Assembly: GCA_051362555.1 (NCBI GenBank)
Contig: CM120641.1
Span: 310,001 to 374,000, forward strand
Direction of reading: 5' to 3'
DNA from: Lingula anatina
Lineage: Eukaryota; Animalia; Brachiopoda
Length of the DNA: 64,000 bases
In this document: one piece after another, positions 43,433-53,800 of the stretch
Position numbering within the stretch: the stretch's first letter is position 1
Layout: each line of letters begins with the position of its first letter
Program-made: the position numbers and the translations under genes
The notes under the pieces: model-generated
What the model was told of the DNA's origin: nothing
Database searches by the model: none
Seen by the model: the letters and a program-made list of their open reading frames with translations, nothing else

Positions 43433-44651
43433 ATTGGTAACTGAAAAGGAAATATGCACATGGTATGCAGAGCATTTAAATTTATTTCTATCCATTGGTT
43501 GCTAGGTGAGGAAATCGTCTAGAGGTGATATATATTAGAGCATATACATGTATGTAATATTTAGTCATAATTAGTAGTTAAAATGACCAAAAACAGTTAC
43601 ACTCTTACTAAAATGATGGAAAATTAGAGATAAGAGGCTTCGATTTCTAATTAAAAAACGCAAAAAAAGGACTAGCTGAGTCATAGTTCTAAACGGTACA
43701 AAATGGCGCCATTTTCCCTACAAAACACCATTATTTTCGGGAACTTTGGGCGTGGCCAGAACCTGACGCCAAGGGGGTGAGAGTTGTCATCGCAATCCGA
43801 AGCCTGTCAAGTCCTTAAAAAAACGGACCCCTCCCCCTTCAAAAAATTCTGGATCCACCTCTGAAGATTAAGAAAAGATACTCACGTCGTGGCACCCTTA
43901 TATCTCCTCTCCAGAGAGTGCAGAGAGTTATGCAGGTTTACCGCACAGACCGTCAGCTTATGTGAACCAGTTACTAGGTCTTTTTTCGGTCTATGCGCAC
44001 GGGGGTCGCAGCCAAGAATGCACTTCACGCCCCATAGCCGCCTGTCTCGTCACACGTGACACAATTAGAAAATCGCTATTTTCGAAAATAATATGTGAAG
44101 TTTATAGGGTTAAAACAGCAGAATTGATACGGGGAAAATAAGGAGAAATGTGCATTTTCCCCTCTGCAGAGAGTCCACATTGCCCAGATATCTGTATGGT
44201 AGCAAACTACCATTACTTTTGACAAATGTTTAGGTGCTAGTCTAAAATAAGGGTTTATTTCATTCTACTTCAAACTACTCCAAATATATTAAATTGTTTG
44301 CGCCGATTTCAATAATAAATAAAACAAATCGTTTTTGCCTTTTTTTGTTTCGAGGGTGTTTATTTTAATAATAATAATAATAATCTTTTTTTTTTTTTTA
44401 CAAATAAAGTTGTACGATATAATTTAAACCAGCGTCTTCAAAAGATAACATTTTCAACATCTTCTCTGAGGGACAGAGTAACAAAATAAACTGTTAGAAA
44501 GTACACTGCAGTTTGGAGGCAGAACATGAAAATATAACAGACTAATGAACCAGATGAGTTATATTGGCCCAATAGCACATTGTTCCAATAGCAAAAATCA
44601 TTAGTTGTGGATGCTGCATACGGACCTCTGTGGGTCCATGGTTCAAGCAGA

Positions 44652-44685
<34 letters not shown>

Positions 44686-44809
44686 GAACATTTCCATTCT
44701 TATGTTCTAATTATACTATTGTTATACTTATAAATATGTTTTAATGTTGTAATTTCATTTTCATTTGGTATGAACACCCACACAATACTATTTTCCTTGA
44801 TCAGTGTTC

Positions 44810-47800
44810 CTAAACCAAGGTCATTTCTGGGGAGGTGATGGCAATGACCTTATGGTTGTGTGGGATTGGGACTTCACGGAGCGTGAACATCTTTACACAG
44901 TCTATCACCCAGCGAAGAGAATCTTTGTTCTTATCAAAAAATTCACGGCTGACTGGATTCGACCAGTTCAAAAACATGTCTATCTCCGCATCTTTGGGGA
45001 TCGACCGCTGTGCCTTTTGTAGGAGAAGTTTGGAAATGACGAGAGAGTCCGCAAAAAGGGGCGCCATTCTATACGCCGTCTGTCCGGGTTGGACAATCGT
45101 GTACCCAGTGATATCTCCACTCTTTTTGTTGACGGCTACAAAAGATTTTGACGATGGCCGAGCTAAATATTTCTCTAAAAATAATGGTCTTGGAATGGTG
45201 TGGATTTCCGCATCATACTTCAGCAATAAATGAAATGGCACATTTGATGCTGTCACGACTTCAGTTTCAACATTTTCTCCCTCTGCAGCCAACCAAGACT
45301 CGTCGATTCGCCCCGAAACAAGACCAATTCTGTCGGTGGCGACCTGGAAGCCGTTGTCATGGAGAATCTGCTGTCTGTGCGACACAGAAACTACGCCAAA
45401 ATTCCGATCTCCAATCCGCTTACTTCTCTCTGCCCACATCTTTTTGACTGGATAAGGTAAAAAATGGAATTGGTTATTTTAAATGTTTAGAATCAACACA
45501 GGTTAACATTTGGTAGTTCTACAACATTGGATATTTAAAATATTACAACAAGAACCCACCACCCTTACCAGTGGGACAAAAAATTTAAAAAATAAATAAT
45601 GGTTGAAAGGAGGCTCGCATTAAGAAGTTAAATGTTACAGTTGTACGTTGTACGTTCTAGATAGGGAAAAACTTATTTTATCCGGAAAATGTTAATATTT
45701 GATAAAGAAGTGTGTTGCTCATAAAATGATAGATAAACCTCTAAAAACCTTATAAATAAAATTGTCTTTTACCTATTCCCTTTCGTCTGAGTTCTGGTAC
45801 AATAGCGGCTAGACCACCGAATGCTTCTTTTTCATTCAAAACATTGACCATCACGGAACCTTTAAAACAAAAAGTACGTTCTGTGAGTAGTAAGAGACGA
45901 GGTTTTCAACCTGCATTTTCGGAGGAGGTATATACTTTTAATGTAATTTTTTTAGTGAACCTTGAACTTTTTGAGGAGGAGTGTACTTTCAATGTAATTT
46001 CTTAGTGACCCCTGAAGCAGAAAGGAGGCTTTGCAAGCGAATTTTAATGACAATCATTTTAGTGTAAACGAGGGACGAGCAAATTCTAATGATGATTCAA
46101 TAAAACCTAATAGGAGTTTTTTTTTTAAAGAATAAATATAATTGTATAGCGAGCAAAGAAACGTAAAGGAGGGGTTTGTATGGTTATTTTAGCTATATTT
46201 AATTTCAGGAGTTATTGGAAAAAGTTTTTGATTATTTATTTTATTGAAAGGGCAATTTGAAACCCTTTTTTCTAGAAATGCGCAGAAGAATGCGTTTGGT
46301 GCGCCCTCACCCATCTCGTGTTTGTGAATATACAGCTGAATGCGTTAAGGCTTGCATGAGCTAGAAACCTCTTGAAAATACAATGCATCTAAGCGGTCTG
46401 GGCCAACCATGCAGAAAATTGATTTTGTCATTTCTGATGTCTTCTAGCTGACCCGTGATATGCTTACAAAGGAAAGTTCTAGAATATTTTTGGGAATCAT
46501 TGCAATAATTAAGACACAGAGGGAGTTTTAGAATATACTGGAACTTTGAAAAGTTTTTTTTAATATAAAAATCATAGACACCTAGGTTTCTGCACCTCAC
46601 ATACCGGCAATATATCAAAAGTATTATTGTATGCGCAGTGAACCCATGCGGTCTGCGCCAGCCATGCGGTAAATTGATTTTGCTATCACTGATGTCTCTG
46701 AGCTGACCCGTGTTATACCCACAAAGAAAAGCTCTAGAATATGTTGGGAAACATTGCAATAAGACACACAGAGAGAGTTTTAAATGTACTGGAATTGTGA
46801 AAAGTTTTTTTAATATAAAAATCATAGACGCCTAGATATCTGCACTTTACATACCGGTAATATATGAATATCATTGTACGTATGCGCAGTGCACCCAAGC
46901 GGTCTGCGCCGGCCATGCAGTAAATTGATTTTGTTATTACTGATGTCTCTGAGCTGACCTGTGATACGTTCGCAAAGAAAAGTTCTGTAATATTTTGGGA
47001 AACATTGCATTAAGACACAGAAGGAGTTTTAGAATATACTGGAACTGTGAAAAGTTTTTTAATATAAAAATCATAGACGCCTAGATAACTGCACTTTACA
47101 TACCGGTAATATATGAATATTATTGCACGTATGCGCAGTGCATCCAAGCGGTCTGCGCCATGCCAGCCATGCAATTAATTGATTTCATATGCTAGTACTG
47201 AATACATATGAATAGTATTTGTTATACTATACACGTCCATTAGACCTAAGCGGTCTGTGCCAGCCATGCAATAAATTGATTTCATATACCTGGACTTAGA
47301 ATATATCGTTCAAAAATTTGAGCTGTAAATTCTGCTCTGCGCTATGCATGTGTCTTTCTCTGCACAATCACTCTTATGAATTCTCATAAAAAATCGTATA
47401 TATTTCGCATTTTAGAATTGTAAAATCTTATGAATTATGAAAATTGAAATGTTTAGGAATATAAAATTCGAAATACGAATTCATACAAAAAGTGAATTTT
47501 GGTATTTTGCATTTTTACAAAACGCGAATTTTGAATTGCACAATTTATTATTTCTTACGAATCTTATTTATTTTTCAAACGAAGTACTGTACCTCACAAA
47601 GCTTTTGATCACTACCGTGACCTTAGCCATTCGTCATCTCATATAAATCATTTTACTATGACCTATAAGTTTAATTTAGTTGTAGTAGAATAGAAAATAA
47701 AATCAAAGCAGAAGTAAAATTCATTACAGAAAATATAATAATAAATAAAATGTTGGTAATTGATATTTATATGAATAAAGAATGCGGAGACCTTTGTAGA

Positions 47801-50800
47801 GTAGACTGACACGAAGAACGAAAATGTACTGTGCTTTCTACTTCGCGTAGCAACTAAAGTGGAAGATCATTACACGCTTCTATACACCACAATGGTGACA
47901 CTTTGAATGGCACTGGTTGTATTTGTTCGCTGACCAGCTTTTTGCATTATTCGAGTAAAACGGGGCATGCCTGGACAACGCTCACAATTCAAACAAAAAT
48001 TGTATTTACCTAGGGGAAATGATATCCTTTAACACGACTGTCAGTGTGCAGAATATTTACTGAACGAGATAGACTTGGGATCAGCGAGACCTCGTTTGTT
48101 GTAAAGTCTCCTTATATTTTAGCGACTATAAACACTGTCAGCAACAGTAGACATGAATAGATGTGGTTCTGCTCGACGTGTAACTTTGGAATATAATGCA
48201 GTTTAGTTTGTTGCCTGACAGGTGAAGTCAACCACGATGACCAGCGCAGTCACAATGCGCTTAGTGAGAACCAAACACAGTGAGACTTAATGCCTCAACG
48301 GCGTCGAACGCAGTAACATCACATTGCAACTGGATGCAGTCTACGCTCGTCTAAAAAGGCCATTCGTATTTAAACACACATATTATAAAATATTTTGTTG
48401 AGTCACGAATCTGGAATATTCCTATTATCTTCCGAATTTCAATAGAACATTCCATAACATGATACTCAGAAAAGAGTTGAGACACAGATCTGAGACATCT
48501 CTATTATCTTTTTAGCCGGGTTTAACTGGTTTTTGGTTATTGTATAAAAGCTCCTTAATCAGAATTTCGATAGACACGTTTTATTACACAATTAAAAACA
48601 GTCCATAACATAATACTAAGAAAAAGATATCTGGAATATTCCTTTTATCTTCCGAATTCAGGGGCGGATCCAGAGATATTTTCTGACAGTCTTCCAAATT
48701 ATCTTTGTTGATCCATCCTCATTTTTGACCGTCTTCCGACAGAAAATGTTAGATACCCGTCCATATAAAATCTTGAAAAGACTTGAAATTCTGACCGTCT
48801 TCCGGAAGACCCAGAAGACGGCCTAAATCCGCCCCTGGAATTTCAATAGAAAATTCCGTAACACAATACTAAGAAAAGAGATCTGGAATATTCCTTTTAT
48901 CTTCCGAATTTCAATAGGAAATTCCATAACATGATACTAAGAAAAGAGATCTGGAATATTCCTATTATCTTCCGAATTTCAATAGAACATAATACTAAGA
49001 AAAGAGATCTGGAATATTCCTATTATCTTCCGAATTTCAATAGGAAATTCCATAACATAATACTAAGAAAAGAGATCTGGAATATTCCTATTATCTTCCG
49101 AATTTCAATAGAACATAATACTAAGAAAAGAGATCTGGAATATTCCTATTATCTTCCGAATTTCAATAGAAAATTCCGTAACATAATACTAAGAAAAGAG
49201 ATCTGGAATATTCCTATTATCTTCCGAATTTCAATAGAAAATTCCATTAAAAATGCTGACTCATTGTATTACGCTGCGTATAAATATCCCGTGATTCAAA
49301 GGACACAGGCAGGCAACGCGGATCACTCAGAATTACGGCAGAGCTGTCTTTCCGATAGCGTCGCACACTTAGAAGAGGTCGAAACCGAGAGCGACGTCCA
49401 CCACTTACAAAGCAGGTAAGTAGTTGTTTTAAAAAAAATCACGTGATAAAAAAAATTGTGGGGTATATTAAGTTTCACTCTTGTAGAGACATTCAGTTGA
49501 GAAACATGGATTTGAGCATGAAACTTCCAATAAGTTTGGTCATCAACGGACCTAGCGGAGCCGGCAAGACTACTTTTCTTCAAAATTTCTTAAGATACTC
49601 AGATTTAATGACAGACCATGCTTTTGATAATATTATTTTCGCTTACGCTGTGTGGCAAGAGGCTTACGATCAAATTGAAAAAGAGGTCCCAAAACATATA
49701 ACTTTTATAGAGGGAATACCTAGTGACGAACAATTAGAAGAAATATATGACGCGAAAAAGTATTCGCTTCTTATTTTAGACGACTTATTTAGCGAAAGTT
49801 TCGAGAACCCTAAGATTAAACACATTTTCATACGAAATTCTCATCATAACAACGTGTCGATAATTCTTATTACCCATTCGTTATTTCCCAAAGAAAAGCA
49901 TGCCAGGACAATATCGCTTAACATGCAATATTTAGTACTTATGAAATCTCCTCGCGACCAATCGCAGATCAGGGCGTTGTCTCATCAGGTCTCTTTACAA
50001 AATTCAAAAAAGTTCATAGATATTTACAAAGACGCCACGTCCAAGCCCTACAGCTACCTTTTTATAGATTTCCGTCAAACAACCCCCGAAGAAGTGCGAC
50101 TAAGAACAAATATTTTTCCCGGAGAAACGCATTACGTCTACCTGCCCGTATAAAAAGAAGGTGATTTCGTGTCGCTGCGTCACTTTACAATGAAGTCCGA
50201 ATCCACAAACACGTTCATGCCACATCTTAATTTTCTATCCATAGCCGACAGAAGATTGACAAAAAGCGTGATCGAGAATTCGCCAAATACCCTCATTCGA
50301 AACCTGTGCAATTTAGCTAGTAATCTTTTGCGCAACACTGAGTACAGATTGACTGCACAAGAGAGAAATAAGTTAAGTCATCTCAAAAGTCTCGTGCTTA
50401 AACTAGTGGAGAAACAGAGATCGCTGAAAATCAAGAAGAAAATATTAGCGAAAAACCCTTCATTAGTCAAGGCAATTGTGCAACCAGTGTTGAGACATGT
50501 CAGCGTTTAAAAAGATGGTTATCATAGATGAAACAGAGTTAAACGCTTTGCGAAGGAAATCAAACGCGGATTATTCACCATTACAGGATGAAGTTTTACG
50601 AAAGCAGAATGAACTGAGTTCTGTAATGCAAAGAGAAGACTTACCGTTTGATAAACGCATAAAGTTATACAACGAACTACAAAATGAATATATGCAGGTT
50701 GCCCGAAAAAAACAACCTATCTCTGTAACTATAGAAAATACGCCTACGTCTGCCAATGACTCCACTGAGAACGCGGAACCATCAAAGCGTTTTATCGATA

Positions 50801-53800
50801 CGCAAATATTAGAATCAATTCCCGCGCGGATGCGTAACAAGGCGAATAACATGTTGAGACTCATCGCCAAACACCCCACCCTTTTATCTTACGATGATCG
50901 AGGGTCGCTGATATACGACGGAGAGACTATACAAAACACTAACATAATTGATTTAATAAGTGAATTGTACGTTTCGAGAAAACGAAAGTTTACTCCCGCC
51001 GGATGGTCGATTTTTTTAAAGGGACTAAAACGTATAAATCTTCCTTCTACTCTTATATCCAATACTTTGCGGCGAGAGGAGTTTTTATCTCTACCATCAC
51101 ACACCAGTAAAAATAAAAAGAAACCCCAAACGGGTATGGGGAATAAATTTACGTCGTTTAATATATATTGAAACAAAGACAGCCGTGTATTTTGAAAATT
51201 TATTTAATAAATGTGTTGTTACACTGTTTTATTTGAGTTGTGATTTACAATATCTAGGTAACACAATAAAATTTCTATTTACAAAATCGTATACTACATA
51301 ATCGTTAAAATTGGTATCGTTTGAAAAGTTCGCACTTATCTCTCGCATGGTCTTCCCTCGAAAGCGTTGCGACAGAAAGTAAATTGTGTAGTAACCACAA
51401 ACAACACTCAAACGATCTTGTTACACTTTACTATTATAAGACCACCCTCTTGTCGAATTGTTGTTCAGGAATCGAGTAAAATTATTGTCGTAGTAGCTGG
51501 GGTGACGTCCATAGGAATCAAAAAATTCTGCTGATCCGTCATTTGAAACATAAATGCTGACCCAATGTTCTCCTATTTCGTGATATTTAGCGGTGTTGAC
51601 TATCAGTCCTGCGGGATATGTACTGATATATTGTGGTAGAGTATCCGATGAGAACACGCCTATGAAATGTTTACACGAAATAGGATCCGATTTCATAATA
51701 CAGTCAAGTTGACGGTTATTCATGTTCACGGCTCCATATAAACGGAACGTCTATTGTCAATTTTGATCACAGAGTCAAACTCGGCAAACACAACGAGTAC
51801 GCTGTTATTGATAGGTTTTGTAAACTCCAGAGATACCCCTAGCGACCCCTGGCGCATAGGAGACGAGTAAGGCTGATGCGACTGATCGGGGCTTAAATCG
51901 AACCCGAAAATCGTGTTTCCCGCGTTAAAGGCTTCCCTCGATAACGATACATCTCTATCGGCTTCTTCGGGTTCAATTGTCGAAACGAGGTCGTTAAAAG
52001 GTCTTATATAATTTAATCCCTCATTCGTATCAAAATCTAAATTGTAGGGTTTGAGCGGAATTTGTTCTCCGGCCACGGTTAAACGCAAAGACCGAAGATT
52101 CTGATGTTTAAAGTTGAAGGGATTTAAATCGTACTGTCCCGAAAGGCTAGCGTCCGTCACCATACCCATAAAAATTCTACGCGGTATTTTAGACATGTAT
52201 ATGTTATCCAGAAAAGCACTTCGAACATTATTGGGTATATTGATTATTTTGACTTCTCTTCTCATGATGGGGTAACAAGCCACGTTATTCATCAACATAG
52301 TTTCGTGGGCAGCCTTGAGGCGGGACGAAACTTTAACCCTCCTCGCAAAAAGAGAATTGTTCTTTATCAGCATTTTTTCGTCTTTGGAAGTAGTTCCGGA
52401 CATTAAACAAAAACTATGTTCGCTTCTTCGTAGTTTTATCCTGATGTCTACATTGTTTAATAAAAGTTTCGGCTGTTGAAAAAAATCACATTTTATCTTC
52501 CCCATCATTTCACACTTTCGGGAACGTTGAAACAGCGAATATCTTCGTTTTAAGCCTTCATTAGCGGGATCTCCACTGACATCTGTCAAATCGAACAATC
52601 CGGGTGTATCCGTATACCAAGCTTCGTTGGTCAACCATGACTTTTTCGCAGAACTCCCGTGAAATAATAAGTTTTCCAAGTACGCACGGTAAGCGTAGGT
52701 GTTGTTAGATTCCGTTATGACCGTCCCATTCAATTCAACCTCCACATTCGAAAATAGCGAATGTAACGTATTGTTGACAGGAGCTGTATCCTGTCCGATA
52801 TCTATGTCACTAAAATCATTTTTTACTACTTGCGTTTCCAAATAAAGAACGATATTATTTGGGTCGATATATTCATCCGCGTTTCCTACGATAAGAAATT
52901 CTATTACGGGGGAAGTGTCTGTAACGCTGTTCACCGGTCTCAATTCTTCCACCGATGAATGTTCTATTTGAACTTGAAAAGCATCGCGAATGTTGCTGAA
53001 CAAATCCAGTTCCGTTCGAACAACGCTTTCCATTGTTACTAAAAATTAGTTTTCGCGGAGATGTGTTTGGTTGTGCGTTTTTTAACGCGTCTGGCCTTTT
53101 TTGCTTTTACGTCCTTTTTTATACTCATGCCGTTCATTGTTTTTGTAATAACATCACTGCTTACATAAAGTTTTCTTTTTCGAGTTTTTTCTTTCGCGTG
53201 ACGTGCAGGCTTTTCACCTATGCGAAGTACTACTGCGTGTCTAGCACCGCCGCCTTTTTGTCTTCCGTGGAATTTATTAATTATTCCTTCGCCTGCTTGG
53301 TTCTGATAGTACTTTAAGAGCGCTGTATAGACTGGATCCATCGTTACAGTAAATTTTTGCGTCTAAAATGAAGTGTTACGACGGTCTTTCTTCCTTGGAA
53401 CTGAACAAATTTCCCCGTGTCGTCGGTTATATGGATTTTTATTGTCGACAGTTCGTTAGAGATTAGAGGTACGTAAATAGGCGAATCAAAACTATGCGTG
53501 ATTGTTTCACCGAATTCCCCCTTGATCGGAACTATGCGCAGCAAATTTGCCGATGTGTCACCTACTAGTTGTGGTTTTATAATGTCTGTGTAAACATAGA
53601 GAGAATCGAAGTCGTCCGTCGTATTCGCCGGTTTAGTAGCTGTAGTAACCGCGGATATATTAACGTTATCGAAACCCAACATATTTCCAATGCTCCCGCT
53701 AAAGTGAACGCTTGCTCCCGCTTTCAAATGAACCGTTACCTTTTTCGTAATAATGTTGAATGCAAACCGAATGTTGATTTGGCCTTGAGCAGACATCCCG

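Noticed and set aside
35432-45447. GNAT ORFs as bacterial contamination or an assembly duplication
   Set aside because: They have conserved spliceosomal introns, clear divergence between copies and copy-specific insertions.
46361-47010. Minus-strand ORFs of 154, 60 and 62 aa
   Set aside because: By-products of the 250-bp tandem repeat; the frames are not preserved between units.
48931-49419. 162-aa repetitive ORF
   Set aside because: Open because the 126-bp repeat period is a multiple of 3; no protein features.
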